Below are positions 38,944 through 49,469 of a stretch of 64,000 nucleotides of DNA, piece after piece. The stretch's first letter is position 1, and every line of letters starts with the position of its first letter. The position numbers and the translations under genes are program-made. The DNA comes from Alphaproteobacteria bacterium. GTDB taxonomy: Bacteria > Pseudomonadota > Alphaproteobacteria > DATDPM01. The stretch lies in contig JAZGAE010000155.1 of the NCBI GenBank assembly GCA_036475545.1, positions 2,291-66,290 of the forward strand. The letters run 5' to 3'. The notes under the pieces are model-generated. The model saw nothing but the letters and a program-made list of their open reading frames with translations. It made no database searches and was not told where the DNA came from.

Positions 38944-38985
38944 CCTCCGGCGCAGTCCGTTCAACCTGACCGGATTATGCTCTAA
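38944..38985. repeat. Copy 2 of the 42-nt dispersed repeat; on the minus strand it begins at the TAG stop of the 40-aa CoxIV-like gene
   Basis: 41 of 42 positions identical to 23581-23622. Confidence 0.8.
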
Positions 38986-39104
38986 GTGAGGAAGAGGGCC
39001 ATCAGCGCCAGAATCGCGGCGATACCAGCGGTGCTGATGTTGAGCAGTCTGATGAAGCCTTTCCAGTCATGCTGGTGCCGCTGCAATTCGCTGTCCACGG
39101 ACAT
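38982..39104 (-). CDS. small membrane protein resembling aa3-type cytochrome oxidase subunit IV (COX4_pro_2-like), 40 aa; absent from the ORF track
   Basis: The start is an ATG at 39102-39104 preceded by AAGGGGGAAG, and the stop is a TAG at 38982-38984. The translation is MSVDSELQRHQHDWKGFIRLLNISTAGIAAILALMALFLT. This has a His-rich N-terminus, a KGF(I/V)RL motif and a single TM helix ending in LMA(L/I)FLT, matching my recollection of alphaproteobacterial CoxIV peptides. Confidence 0.45.
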   Translation of the reverse strand: MSVDSELQRHQHDWKGFIRLLNISTAGIAAILALMALFLT

Positions 39105-39245
39105 CACTTCCCCCTTTTTCGTTGTTCGAGCAAGAACCGGCCTCCCACCATTGGCCTCGACGTATAGCCCAGAGAGACTCCTCGGTGGAAGGGGTTAACC
39201 GCGTCTCGGCCTTCGCGGTCCGGCGTCGAGGTTGCGAGGCGGCGC

Positions 39246-39905
39246 CTATAGCTGTTCCTCGGCCGGATTGATGAGAACCCCTTCGGGGACGTCCGCGCCG
39301 TCCACCAACACCACCTCGCCCGTGACCCGCACCCGGTCCTCCGCGATAAGGCGCACCGCCAGCGGATAGATACGGTGCTCGGCGGCAAGTACGCGGTCGG
39401 CCAACGTGTTGACCGTATCGCCCGGGCGGACCGGGACGGCGGCCTGGATGATGACGGGGCCCGAATCCATGTCCGGGCGAACGAAGTGAACCGTGCAGCC
39501 GGTGAAGCGCACCCCCGATTCAAGGACCCGCTGGTGGGTGTTGAGGCCCTTGAAGGCCGGCAGCAACGACGGGTGAATGTTGATCACCCGGTCCCGCCAC
39601 TTGGCGATGAAATCCTCGTCCAAGAGCCGCATGAATCCCGCTAGGCAGATGAGCCTCACCCCGCTTGCCGAGAGCACCCGGTCGAGGGCGGCGTCGAACT
39701 CGTTGCGGTTCGGGAAGTCGCGATGGTTGATGGCCGTGGTCGGGAGTCCGGCGGCCTCGGCGCGGGCGAGCCCCCGCGCCTTCGGTTCGTTGGAGAGCAC
39801 GATGGCGATCTCCGCCGGGAAGTCGGGGCGGGCGCAGGCGTCGATGATGGCTTGCAGATTGGTGCCCCGCCCCGAGATGAGGACCGCGATCTTCACCCCT
39901 GCCAT
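39246..39905 (-). CDS. purN: phosphoribosylglycinamide formyltransferase
   Basis: Begins [17 protein letters not shown] at the ATG at 39905. Motifs NIHPSLLP and active-site [11 protein letters not shown]. Confidence 0.9.
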   Translation of the reverse strand: MAGVKIAVLISGRGTNLQAIIDACARPDFPAEIAIVLSNEPKARGLARAEAAGLPTTAINHRDFPNRNEFDAALDRVLSASGVRLICLAGFMRLLDEDFIAKWRDRVINIHPSLLPAFKGLNTHQRVLESGVRFTGCTVHFVRPDMDSGPVIIQAAVPVRPGDTVNTLADRVLAAEHRIYPLAVRLIAEDRVRVTGEVVLVDGADVPEGVLINPAEEQL

Positions 39906-40969
39906 GCCTGTTCGGTGTTGCGAAGGACGACCCCCGGCCCCGCGCTGAGGCGCTTCACGACCCGGCCGACCCGCCACACCGTCTCGCCCTCCGCCTGGAG
40001 CGTCTTCTCCACGTCCGGCGCCCTCGCCGCGTTCGTGATCACCACCATGCCGAGGCCGCAGTTGAAGGTGCGGGCCATTTCCTGGGTCGCGATGCCGCCG
40101 GTCTCCATCAGCCAGCGAAAGACTTCGGGAAAGGGCCACTGCGCGGCGTCCAACTCGGCGCCGAGATGGTCGGGAAGGACCCTGGGGATGTTGTCGATGA
40201 GCCCGCCGCCGGTGATGTGGGCAAGCGCGGTGACCCCGCCGCCCCGGACCGCCTGGAGGCAGCTTTTCACGTAGATGCGGGTCGGCTCCAGCAGGGCCTC
40301 TCCCAGGCCCTTGTCCGGCGCGAACGGAGCCGGCGCGCGGAGGTCCATCCCGGTCTCGGACACGATCTCGCGGACCAGCGAGAAACCATTGGCGTGGACC
40401 CCGCTGGAAGACAGCCCGAGCACGACGTCCCCGACCTCGACCCCGGCAGGAAGCAGCCGGTCGCGCTCGACGGCGCCGACCGCGAACCCCGCAAGGTCGT
40501 ACTCGTCCGCGGCATAGATGCCGGGCATTTCCGCCGTTTCACCGCCGATGAGGGCGCAGTTCGCTTGGCGGCAGCCGGTCGCGATCCCGGCGACGACCTG
40601 TGCCGCAGTGTCCAGGTCCAAGCGCCCGGTAGCGAGATAATCGAGCAAGAAAAGGGGTTCCGCGCCCTGCACCACGAGGTCGTTGACGCACATGGCGACC
40701 AGGTCGAGCCCCACCGTATCGTGCTTGCCCACGGCGAAAGCGATTTTGAGCTTGGTCCCCACCCCGTCGGTGGTGGCGACCAGGACGGGATCCCGGAATC
40801 CGGCGGCCGCTACGTCGAAGAGCCCGGCAAAGCCCCCGAGCTTGCCGATCGCGCCCGGCCGCCCGGTCGACTCCGCCAAGGCCTTGATCGACTCCACGAA
40901 GTCTGCGGCGGCATCGACATCCACGCCCGCTGCCTTGTATCGGTGGCTGCTTATGGCTTCCTCGTCCAC
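39893..40969 (-). CDS. purM: phosphoribosylformylglycinamidine cyclo-ligase
   Basis: Motifs [17 protein letters not shown] and GGETAEMPG. The likely start is a GTG at 40969; the track gives 41077. It overlaps the purN start by 13 nt. Confidence 0.85.
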   Translation of the reverse strand: MDEEAISSHRYKAAGVDVDAAADFVESIKALAESTGRPGAIGKLGGFAGLFDVAAAGFRDPVLVATTDGVGTKLKIAFAVGKHDTVGLDLVAMCVNDLVVQGAEPLFLLDYLATGRLDLDTAAQVVAGIATGCRQANCALIGGETAEMPGIYAADEYDLAGFAVGAVERDRLLPAGVEVGDVVLGLSSSGVHANGFSLVREIVSETGMDLRAPAPFAPDKGLGEALLEPTRIYVKSCLQAVRGGGVTALAHITGGGLIDNIPRVLPDHLGAELDAAQWPFPEVFRWLMETGGIATQEMARTFNCGLGMVVITNAARAPDVEKTLQAEGETVWRVGRVVKRLSAGPGVVLRNTEQAWQG

Positions 40970-41034
40970 GATGAAGTATAAGGCTCGTCGGCCGCTTGGC
41001 CCAATCGATCCTACTTTAGCCGGGACGGTTCGCA

Positions 41035-42189
41035 ATGGTCCATAGACGCGGATGCCGCCGCAGCGCCGCCGGTCCATTCGCTTGCACCGCCGCGCTCGCC
41101 GGCATCCTCTTGGCCGTGGTCACCGTCTCCTCCGCCTCGGCCCAGCTCGGGGACGTGTTCACGGTGAGGGGCGTGGCGGTCGACGTCACCGCCGAGGCCG
41201 CTGCGGCGGCGCGGGAGGCCGCGCTCGTGGATGGGCAGCGGGTCGCCTTCGGCCGGTTGCTCCGGCGCCTCACTCTGCGTCAGGATCACAGCTTACTGCC
41301 GGCCCTGGCCGACGACGAAATCGTCGAGTACGTTCGGGGCTTTGAAGTCGAGAAAGAGAAAGCATCCACGGTACGTTATCTTGCGGAGTTGACAGTCCGC
41401 TTTAAGTCGCGAGCCATTCGCCGACTGCTGCGCTCGGCAGGCATTCCCTTCGCCGAGACCGTCAGCAAGCCGGTCGTCGTGCTTCCGGTTTTCCAGGCGG
41501 CCGGTACCTCGATGTTGTGGGACGAGCCCAATCCCTGGCGCCAAGCCTGGCTCGAGCTTCCCACGGGAGACGCGCTGGTGCCGCTGGTGGTGCCGGCAGG
41601 CGATCTTGCGGACATGGCCGACATCAGCGCGGACCAGGCGACGCGCGCCGAGCGTGACAGGCTCGACGCCATCTCGCGGAGGTACGGCGCCGCCGATGCG
41701 CTCGTGACCGTGGCCTCGCTCACCATGGATCTCACCGCCAACCGGCACGTCCTCGACGTGGCCGTCAGCCGATTCGGACCGGTGATCCGAGAACACATGG
41801 TGGTTCTGAGCTTCTCCGGGACCTTGGGAGAAACGGTGGAGGATATGTTGCGCCGCGCAGCCGCCGAGGTTGCGGGCTATGTCGAGGAGGACTGGAAGCG
41901 CGACAACCTGTTGCGGTTCGACCACGAAGAGACCCTTTCGGTTACAGTTTCGCTGAACGGTCTCGCCGACTGGCTGGAGATCCGCAAGCGCTTGCGCGGC
42001 GTCCCGTTCATCCGCGACGCCGAGCTCATGTCGCTTTCGCGAAGCACGGCGGTCGTGCGGCTTAGATTCATCGGCGACATCGATCAGATGACGCTGGCCT
42101 TCGCGCAGAGCGATCTCGATCTCTTCAAGGGCGCAACCAGCTGGGTCCTGCGGCTTCAAAACGGCAGCGCGCGGAATGCGGCCCGCTGA
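41035..42189 (+). CDS. DUF2066 domain-containing protein (periplasmic; conserved divergent from purM)
   Basis: 384 aa with an N-terminal signal-like hydrophobic segment. The family call rests on the recalled conserved neighbourhood purM / DUF2066 / CDP-alcohol phosphatidyltransferase. Confidence 0.5.
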   Translation: MVHRRGCRRSAAGPFACTAALAGILLAVVTVSSASAQLGDVFTVRGVAVDVTAEAAAAAREAALVDGQRVAFGRLLRRLTLRQDHSLLPALADDEIVEYVRGFEVEKEKASTVRYLAELTVRFKSRAIRRLLRSAGIPFAETVSKPVVVLPVFQAAGTSMLWDEPNPWRQAWLELPTGDALVPLVVPAGDLADMADISADQATRAERDRLDAISRRYGAADALVTVASLTMDLTANRHVLDVAVSRFGPVIREHMVVLSFSGTLGETVEDMLRRAAAEVAGYVEEDWKRDNLLRFDHEETLSVTVSLNGLADWLEIRKRLRGVPFIRDAELMSLSRSTAVVRLRFIGDIDQMTLAFAQSDLDLFKGATSWVLRLQNGSARNAAR

Positions 42190-42216
42190 GGCTCTGCCGG
42201 TCGCTGGGGGACGCCG

Positions 42217-42762
42217 GTGAATTTGCCCAACCTCATCACGCTGGCGCGGCTCCTCTCGGTGCCGATCACCGTTTGGCTCATCCTCACCGGCCAGATGACG
42301 GCCGCGTTCTGGCTGTTCGTTGCGGCAGGCGTCTCGGACGCGGTGGACGGGTTCATCGCCAAGCGCCTCAGCCTCACGACCAGCCTCGGGCGCTACCTCG
42401 ACCCGGTGGCGGACAAGGCGCTTTTGATGAGCGTTTACATCGCGCTGGGCGTGGACGCGCATTTGCCCGACTGGCTCGTCATACTGGTCGTCTTCCGCGA
42501 CATCCTGATCCTCGGCGGGGCGCTGTTGATCCGCCTCTTCACGGAACAGGCGATGCGGCTCGAGCCGCTGAAGATCAGCAAGGTCAACACGGCGATGCAG
42601 ATCACGCTCGCCGCCGTCGTGCTGGCCCGTCTCGGCATCGGGGTAGGCGATGGTGGGCTCTCGGAGGCCCTGATTTACCTGGTGGCGGCGACGACGTTCC
42701 TCTCCGGCGCCGCCTACCTGGTGCGCTGGTTCCGCGGCACCGCGCAAGCGGAGGGCCAGTGA
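42217..42762 (+). CDS. CDP-alcohol phosphatidyltransferase family protein
   Basis: 181 aa. Motif DAVDGFIAKR...G...DPVADK, plus four TM segments. Confidence 0.75.
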   Translation: MNLPNLITLARLLSVPITVWLILTGQMTAAFWLFVAAGVSDAVDGFIAKRLSLTTSLGRYLDPVADKALLMSVYIALGVDAHLPDWLVILVVFRDILILGGALLIRLFTEQAMRLEPLKISKVNTAMQITLAAVVLARLGIGVGDGGLSEALIYLVAATTFLSGAAYLVRWFRGTAQAEGQ

Positions 42763-43865
42763 TGACGGCCGCCAGGCAGGCGCTCTTCTGGCTTTGGGGC
42801 GTCGCCGCGCTGGTGGCCGCGCTTTACCTCTTCCGTGGAATCCTGCTGCCTTTCGTGGTCGGCATGGCGGTGGCCTATTTCTTCGATCCGGCCGTCGACC
42901 GGCTGGAGCGCTGGCGGCTTCCACGGGGGATCGCCACCGCCCTGGTGCTGGCCCTCTTCTTCGCGGCGGGCCTGATGGCGATGGTTCTTCTGGTTCCGCT
43001 CATACAGGCGCAGCTCGTGAACTTCATCGAAAGCGTTCCCGATTACGTGGCGTGGTTCCGCGAAAAGGTGCTCCCCCATCTGCAAGCGCTGTACGCCCGC
43101 CTGCCGGTTGAGGACGTCGAAGACCTGCGCGGCCCCGCCGGCAACTATGCCGCGGACGTGATCGCCTGGATGGGGCGCGTCGCGCGCGGCCTGTGGAGCG
43201 AGGGGCTCGCCCTTCTCAACCTGCTTTCGCTCCTCTTCGTCACGCCGATCGTGGCCTTCTACCTCTTGCGCGACTGGGACCGGATCGTTGCCCGGATCGA
43301 CGGCTGGCTGCCCCGGGCGCACGCCGGCGTGATCCGCGAGCAGCTTCGACTCATCGACACCACGCTCGCCGGCTTCGTCCGGGGCGTAGGGCTGACGTGC
43401 CTGGCGCTCGCCGTCTTCTACGGGGTCGCGTTGACCTTGATCGGGCTCGACTACGGCCTCGTGGTGGGGATCGCGGCGGGGCTGATATCCTTCATCCCCT
43501 ACTTCGGCGCGCTCGCGGGGCTGATCGTGGCGACCGCGCTCGCGTTCTTCCAGTTCTCCGAGTGGCTGCCCATCGCGCTCGTGGTCGCCACGTTCGTCGT
43601 CGGCCAAGCCGTCGAGGGCAATTTCTTGACGCCACGGCTGGTCGGCAAGCGGATCGGGCTGCATCCCGTGTGGGTGCTGTTCGCGCTGTTCGCCGGCGGA
43701 GCGCTGTTCGGCTTCGTCGGCGTGCTTCTGGCGGTGCCGGTGGCGGCCGTGATCGGGGTGCTCAGCCGCTTCGCCGTCGGGCGCTACCTCGAGAGCCCGC
43801 TCTACCTCGACAAGGGGAAGGCGGCCGGCGAGGGCCCGGGCGCGGGCGGACCGGCGAACCCGTGA
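42762..43865 (+). CDS. AI-2E family transporter (PerM-like)
   Basis: 367-aa polytopic protein with the conserved GQAVEGNFLTPRLVG block. Its ATG overlaps the upstream TGA (TGATG). Confidence 0.75.
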   Translation: MTAARQALFWLWGVAALVAALYLFRGILLPFVVGMAVAYFFDPAVDRLERWRLPRGIATALVLALFFAAGLMAMVLLVPLIQAQLVNFIESVPDYVAWFREKVLPHLQALYARLPVEDVEDLRGPAGNYAADVIAWMGRVARGLWSEGLALLNLLSLLFVTPIVAFYLLRDWDRIVARIDGWLPRAHAGVIREQLRLIDTTLAGFVRGVGLTCLALAVFYGVALTLIGLDYGLVVGIAAGLISFIPYFGALAGLIVATALAFFQFSEWLPIALVVATFVVGQAVEGNFLTPRLVGKRIGLHPVWVLFALFAGGALFGFVGVLLAVPVAAVIGVLSRFAVGRYLESPLYLDKGKAAGEGPGAGGPANP

Positions 43866-44545
43866 CCGGCGTCAAGCAACTGGCGCTGGACCTCCGGCAC
43901 CGCCCGGCGCTCGGCATGGAGGACTTCCTCGTGGCCGAGTGCAATCGCGAGGCGGTCGCCTGGATCGACCGCTGGCCCCACTGGCCGGCGCCGGCGCTCA
44001 CCGTCTTCGGCCCGGCGGGTTGCGGCAAGACCCACCTCGCCCACGTCTGGCAGGCGTGCAGCCGTGCCGTGATCGTGGCGCCGGACGCGCTCGCCGGGGC
44101 CGAGCCTCCCGCGCTGCTCGCAGGGGCGCGCTGCTGTGTGGTCGAGGAATTGGACATGGGCCTCGACCCCGCGAGCGAGCGCGCCATGCTCCACCTTTAC
44201 AACACCGTCGCCGAGCGCGGCGGGCACGTGCTGCTCACGGCCCGGCGCCCGCCGTCGCGCTGGAACGTCGCCCTCGCGGACCTGGCGTCGCGCCTCGGCG
44301 CCGCCCCCGCGGTGGCCGTGGGGCGGCCGGACGACGCCCTCATCGCGGCCTTGCTCGTGAAGCTCTTCGCCGACCGCCAGCTGGCCGTGAGCGAGGAGGT
44401 CATCGCCTATCTCTTGCCGCGCATGGAGCGCTCCTTCGACGGTGCCCGGCGGTTGGTGGCCGGGATCGACCGCGCGGCGCTGGCGTCGCGCCGCAGAGTC
44501 ACCGTGGCGCTGATCCGCGAGGTGCTGGCGGGGGAGGGGACATAG
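43862..44545 (+). CDS. hdaA: DnaA regulatory inactivator HdaA (DnaA-family AAA+ domain)
   Basis: GTG start overlapping the upstream stop (GTGA). Motifs LTVFGPAGCGKTHLAHVW (Walker A) and VVEELD (Walker B), with a short Hda-like C-terminus. Confidence 0.7.
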   Translation: MTGVKQLALDLRHRPALGMEDFLVAECNREAVAWIDRWPHWPAPALTVFGPAGCGKTHLAHVWQACSRAVIVAPDALAGAEPPALLAGARCCVVEELDMGLDPASERAMLHLYNTVAERGGHVLLTARRPPSRWNVALADLASRLGAAPAVAVGRPDDALIAALLVKLFADRQLAVSEEVIAYLLPRMERSFDGARRLVAGIDRAALASRRRVTVALIREVLAGEGT

Positions 44546-44547
44546 GG

Positions 44548-45711
44548 TCAAGGCCCGCCGTCGGCGGCGGGCGCCAGCATGACGCGGTTGTCCCTCACCG
44601 TGAGCGCGAGGCGCCCGTGCTTGAGCGTCAGGGCGTCCTCGCCGAAGACCTCGCGCCGCCAGCCGTGAAGCGCCGCGACCGGGGCGTCGTCGCGGGCCAC
44701 GAGCATCTCCAGGTCGGCCGTACTGGCGACCAGCTTCTGGGCCACCCCAAAGTCCTCGCACTTCATCTTCAAGAGCACCTTCAGGAGCTCGACGACGGGT
44801 TTCAGCCCGGCCGGCAACTCGGCGCGCGGCGGCGGCTCGGGACGCTCGCGCTCGGGGACCGCCGCGCCTCGCGCCACCGCCTCGAGGATCGCGGCGCCCA
44901 TGGGCCCCTCGGCGACGCCCCGGGAGACGCTGCGGCAGCGCGCGAGCTCTGCCCTCGTGCTCGGCGTGTGGCCGGCGATCTCGAGCAGCGCCTCGTCCCG
45001 GAGCACGCGGTTGCGCGGCACGTCGCGGGTCTGGGCTTCCGCTTCGCGCCAGGCGGCAAGCTCGCGGAGAAGGGCCAACAGGCGGCGATTGTGGCTGCGC
45101 GTCTTGACGCGCCGCCAGGCCGCCCACGGCTCCAGCTTGTAAGTCTCGGGATCGGTGAGCGTTGCCATTTCCTCGTCCAACCAGCCTGCGCGCCCGCTTT
45201 CGTCCAGGCGGCGATGGAGTTTCTCGTAGACGGTGCGCAGGTGCACGACGTCGGACAGCGCATAGTCGGTCTGGCGCTTGGTCAGGGGCCGGTGCGCCCA
45301 GTCCGTGAAGCGGGCGGTCTTGTCGATGTGCGCCTTGGCGAGCTTGGCCACCAGGGTCTCGTAGGCGACCGCCTCGCCGAAGCCGCAGACCATGCCGGCG
45401 ACCTGGGTGTCGAAGAGCGGCAGAGGGATCCGGCCGGAGAGATGGTAGAAGATCTCGATGTCCTGGCGCGCGGCGTGGAAGACCTTGAGCACGTCGCGGT
45501 TTTCCAGGAGCGCGAGAACCGGGGAAAGGTCCATGCCCGGCGCCAGGGTATCGATGGCGGCGGCCTCCTCGGGCCCGGCCATCTGCAGGAGGCAGAGCTT
45601 CGGCCAGTAGGTGCGGTCGCGGATGAACTCGGTGTCGACGGTAACGTAGGGGGCTTTCATGAGCCGCCGGCAGAACGCGGCGGCGGACTCGGGGTCGGCG
45701 AGCAACGTCAT
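44548..45711 (-). CDS. rnd: ribonuclease D
   Basis: DEDDy 3'-5' exonuclease motifs (VTVDTEF, KVFHAARQD, YALSDV), followed by HRDC-like repeats. Confidence 0.85.
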   Translation of the reverse strand: MTLLADPESAAAFCRRLMKAPYVTVDTEFIRDRTYWPKLCLLQMAGPEEAAAIDTLAPGMDLSPVLALLENRDVLKVFHAARQDIEIFYHLSGRIPLPLFDTQVAGMVCGFGEAVAYETLVAKLAKAHIDKTARFTDWAHRPLTKRQTDYALSDVVHLRTVYEKLHRRLDESGRAGWLDEEMATLTDPETYKLEPWAAWRRVKTRSHNRRLLALLRELAAWREAEAQTRDVPRNRVLRDEALLEIAGHTPSTRAELARCRSVSRGVAEGPMGAAILEAVARGAAVPERERPEPPPRAELPAGLKPVVELLKVLLKMKCEDFGVAQKLVASTADLEMLVARDDAPVAALHGWRREVFGEDALTLKHGRLALTVRDNRVMLAPAADGGP

Positions 45712-45917
45712 GGGGGCCCGTATACACGCTTTCTGGGTGGGGGCAAAGCGTGGGCGTTCGTGGCGCCGAGTCCGGCCTGGTTCCCGCTTGGAGCGGCGCG
45801 CTGCGGGGACGGCGTGCCGGCGCCGCGCCCGGGCGCCGCGTACCTTGACAATGGGGTCTCATCCATGCGCTTTTGCGCGGGCCGAGTGGCCGATTTGCGT
45901 CCGCGCGAGATCCGTTC

Positions 45918-47750
45918 ATGCACCCCTACCGAACCCACACCTGCGGTGAGCTCAGGTTGGATCACACCGGCAGCAGGGCGCGGCTGTCGGGGTGGATTCA
46001 CCGCAAGCGCGACCACGGCCACCTGCTGTTCATCGACCTCCGCGACCACCACGGCCTTACCCAGTGCGTGATCGACGTCGGCAGCCCGCTGTTCGAGGAG
46101 GCCGAGGCGGCGCGTTCCGAAAGCGTGATCACGGTCACCGGCCCGGTGGTGGCGCGCGAGCCGGACACGGTCAATCCGCAGCTTCCGACGGGCGAAGTGG
46201 AGGTCCGGATCGAGGAGTTCACGATGATCTCGGCCGCCGATCAGCTGCCCCTTCAGGTCAGCGCCGAGGCGGAGACCAACGAGGAGCTTCGCCACCGCTA
46301 CCGTTACCTGGACCTCAGGCGCGAGAAGCTCCACAGGAATATCGTGCTGCGCTCCCGCGTCATCGCCGACATCCGCCGGCGCATGATCGAGGCCGGCTTT
46401 ACCGAGATCCAGACGCCGATCCTGACGGCCAGCTCGCCCGAGGGGGCGCGCGACTTCCTGGTTCCGAGCCGGATGCATCCGGGAAAGTTCTACGCCCTTC
46501 CCCAGGCCCCTCAGCAGTTCAAGCAGCTGCTCATGATCGCCGGGTTCGACCGCTATTTCCAGATCGCGCCGTGCTTCCGCGACGAGGCCAGCCGGGCCGA
46601 CCGCAGCCCGGGCGAGTTCTACCAGCTCGACGTGGAGATGTCGTTCGTGACGCAAGAGGACGTTTTCGCCGCGGTGGAGCCCGTGCTCGCCGGCGTGTTC
46701 GAGGAGTTCGGCGGGGGCCGCACGGTGAGCGCGCCGCCGTTTCCGCGCATTCCTTTCGCGGAGGCGATGCTGAAGTTTGGCAACGACAAGCCGGACCTGC
46801 GCAACCCGCTCTTGATCGCCGATGTGAGCGAGGCCTTTCGCGAGTCCAACTTCGCCATTTTCTCGCGGGCGATCGACGGGGGCGCGATGGTGCTCGCCGT
46901 ACCCGGCCCGGGCGCCGCGGCACGGCCGCGCAGCTATTTCGACAAGCTCAACGGGTGGGCGCGCGAGGAGGGCGCGCCCGGCCTTGGCTACATCACCTTC
47001 GCCGAGGGCGAGGCCAAGGGCCCCATCGCGAAGAACCTGGAGAAGCACCGCATCGAGGCCATCAAGAAGGCCGCCGAGGTTGCGGACGGCGACGCCGTGT
47101 TCTTCGTCTGCGACCATCCCCGAGTAGCCGCCAAGTTCAGCGCGGTGGTGCGGACCCGCATCTGCGAGGACCTGGATTTGCTGGAAAAGGACGTCTTCCG
47201 GTTCTGCTGGATCGTGGACTATCCGATGTACGAGCGCGACGAGACGACGGGGGAAATCAAGTTTAGCCACAACCCGTTCTCCATGCCCCAAGGGGGGCTC
47301 GAGGCGCTGGAGACCCAAGACCCTCTCGCGGTCAAGGCCTGGCAGTACGACATCGTCTGCAACGGGGTGGAGCTGTCGAGCGGCGCCATCCGCAATCACT
47401 CGCCCGAGGTGATGTACAAGGCTTTCGCGATCGCGGGCTACGGCAAGGAACAAGTGGAGGAACAGTTTGGCGGCCTGCTCAGCGCCCTGAAGTTCGGGGC
47501 CCCGCCGCACGGGGGAACCGCTCCGGGGATCGACCGCATGGTGATGCTGCTGGCGGACGAGCCCAACATCCGCGAGGTCATCGCCTTTCCGATGAACCAG
47601 CAGGCCCAGGACCTATTGATGCAGGCGCCCGCGCCGGTGAGTCCGGAACGGCTGCGGGAACTCCATATCCGAGTCCACTTGCCACCTCGCGCGGAAACCG
47701 GAGAGGCGGCCGAGTCCGAGACAGCGGAAGAGGCGCCTGCCGGCGAGTAA
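45918..47750 (+). CDS. aspS: aspartate--tRNA ligase
   Basis: The start [13 protein letters not shown] is at 45918. Class II motifs ([24 protein letters not shown]), and a GAD insertion domain is present. Confidence 0.9.
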   Translation: MHPYRTHTCGELRLDHTGSRARLSGWIHRKRDHGHLLFIDLRDHHGLTQCVIDVGSPLFEEAEAARSESVITVTGPVVAREPDTVNPQLPTGEVEVRIEEFTMISAADQLPLQVSAEAETNEELRHRYRYLDLRREKLHRNIVLRSRVIADIRRRMIEAGFTEIQTPILTASSPEGARDFLVPSRMHPGKFYALPQAPQQFKQLLMIAGFDRYFQIAPCFRDEASRADRSPGEFYQLDVEMSFVTQEDVFAAVEPVLAGVFEEFGGGRTVSAPPFPRIPFAEAMLKFGNDKPDLRNPLLIADVSEAFRESNFAIFSRAIDGGAMVLAVPGPGAAARPRSYFDKLNGWAREEGAPGLGYITFAEGEAKGPIAKNLEKHRIEAIKKAAEVADGDAVFFVCDHPRVAAKFSAVVRTRICEDLDLLEKDVFRFCWIVDYPMYERDETTGEIKFSHNPFSMPQGGLEALETQDPLAVKAWQYDIVCNGVELSSGAIRNHSPEVMYKAFAIAGYGKEQVEEQFGGLLSALKFGAPPHGGTAPGIDRMVMLLADEPNIREVIAFPMNQQAQDLLMQAPAPVSPERLRELHIRVHLPPRAETGEAAESETAEEAPAGE

Positions 47751-47794
47751 GGGGCACGCCGGCCGGCGGCGATCAGGTCAGGAGAACACATGTC

Positions 47795-48682
47795 ATGACG
47801 TTAGGGCCACGCAAGCGCCAACCGCTCGGTTCCGTCGCGGGTGCGGAAAAAACAGCGGCGGAGCCCGTCCGCCGGCTGCTTTGCGCCGCGCTCGCCGCCG
47901 TCACCGGCCTGGGTTTCCTGTTCGCGGCTTCCAACGGGTCCGCCGCGCCCGTGGGATTCATTCCTCATCGGGCCTATTACGGCTTGACCATGCATTCGGT
48001 TGCGCCGGGGAGCACGATCACAGACATCCGCGGCGCCTTGTTCGTCGAATGGATAGAGGGCTGCGAGGGCTGGAGTTCTTCCCAACGGCTGAAGCTACGG
48101 CTGTTCGACACGACCAGGCCCATGATCGAAGCAGAGACCCGGTTCGCGAGCTGGGAGTCCAATGACGGGCTCACATACAATTTCAATTTGCAGAACCTGC
48201 GCCAGGGCATTGTCAACAAGGAACTCGGCGGGCGGGCGTCGCTGCGGGGCGAGGGGATGCCGGGAACGGCGGAGTTCGTCGCGCCCAGGGGGCTGCGCTT
48301 CGAGCTGCCGGCCGGGACGATCTTTCCGATGGTTCACCTCAAGGAGCTGATCGAGGCCGGGGGCGCCGGTGAGAAGGTGGTCTCCCGCATCATCTTCGAC
48401 GGCACCACCGAGGAGGGGCCGTTCGAGATCAACGCCGTGATCGGGCCGCGCCGGCCGCCGGAGACGGGCGCGGTTAGCTTGCCGGCCCCGGCGCGCGGCC
48501 CGTCCTGGCTCATGCGACTCGCTTTCTTCCGTCTCGAGACCAACGAAGTCCTGCCGTTTTACGAGATGAGCGTGCAGCTTCTGGAAAACGGCATTGGCGC
48601 CGGGTTCTTTCTCGATTACGGGGACTCGGTCATCCGGGCCGAGCTGCAGCGGATCGAGCTCCTGCCAAGGGCCTCCTGCTGA
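47795..48682 (+). CDS. DUF1849 family periplasmic protein (EipB-like)
   Basis: 295 aa with a signal peptide (LLCAALAAVTGLGFLFAASNGSAAP). Family assignment is by recollection only. Confidence 0.4.
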   Translation: MTLGPRKRQPLGSVAGAEKTAAEPVRRLLCAALAAVTGLGFLFAASNGSAAPVGFIPHRAYYGLTMHSVAPGSTITDIRGALFVEWIEGCEGWSSSQRLKLRLFDTTRPMIEAETRFASWESNDGLTYNFNLQNLRQGIVNKELGGRASLRGEGMPGTAEFVAPRGLRFELPAGTIFPMVHLKELIEAGGAGEKVVSRIIFDGTTEEGPFEINAVIGPRRPPETGAVSLPAPARGPSWLMRLAFFRLETNEVLPFYEMSVQLLENGIGAGFFLDYGDSVIRAELQRIELLPRASC

Positions 48683-49097
48683 GGCCGTGCCGCCGCGCCA
48701 GACTGCCCGCCCCCGGCGGGCAACCGCGGCTCGGGAGAATCGGACCCGGTGTCCGGCAAGACGGGCACGACTCCCCCTATCCTTACGGACAGGATTGGTG
48801 GGTGCGTGGCCGGGAGCCGTCCCCAACAACCGCATGAGAGACTGGCGATCCACGCGGTTCATGCTATTTTCCGGTCCGCGGAGCGCCGCAAGGACCGCCG
48901 GACAGGGGCCGGTGGCGCCAAGATGCGGCTTACGAATAATTAACCGCTAGGGGCTACAAGGGGAATGGTCGCACATTGGTCAGGGGTCCGCTTTGTGCCG
49001 ACGGTCCCGAGGGGTCATGGTCTGTCGCCGGCTAAATCCTGCCCGCCGCCGGAAGCCCCCTTTCACACGGCGCTATGACCGTAGCTAGGAAGGACGG

Positions 49098-49463
49098 ATG
49101 CCGAAAACTGTTCTCATCGTCGAAGACAACGACCTCAACATGAAGCTGTTCAACGACCTGCTTGAGGCCCACGGTTACAAGACGCTTCAAACGAAGGACG
49201 GACGGGAGGCGTTGGAACTGGCGCGCAAGCATCACCCCGATCTCATCCTCATGGACATCCAGCTTCCCGAGGTTTCCGGTCTGGAGGTGACCAAGTGGAT
49301 AAAGGAGGATGAGACCCTGAAATCGATACCGATCATCGCGGTGACGGCATTCGCCATGAAGGGGGACGAGGAGAAGATCCGCGAAGGTGGCTGCGAGGCC
49401 TATATGGCGAAACCGATTTCCGTCGTGGGCTTTCTCGAGACCATAGAAAAATTCGTGGGTTGA
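49098..49463 (+). CDS. divK: single-domain response regulator DivK
   Basis: 121 aa. Motif [12 protein letters not shown] with the phospho-acceptor Asp in ILMDIQLP. It sits immediately upstream of a PleD-type gene. Confidence 0.8.
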   Translation: MPKTVLIVEDNDLNMKLFNDLLEAHGYKTLQTKDGREALELARKHHPDLILMDIQLPEVSGLEVTKWIKEDETLKSIPIIAVTAFAMKGDEEKIREGGCEAYMAKPISVVGFLETIEKFVG

Positions 49464-49469
49464 TCATCG

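Noticed and set aside
38986-39198. A plus-strand 70-aa ORF (MRKRAISARIAAIPAVLML...).
   Set aside because: It is antisense to the better-supported 40-aa CoxIV-like gene (which has a strong RBS and a family-like sequence) and has no RBS of its own.
48930-48950. A CtrA box upstream of divK.
   Set aside because: There is only one TTAAC half-site (aataattaaccgc). No second TTAA occurs at the N7 spacing.
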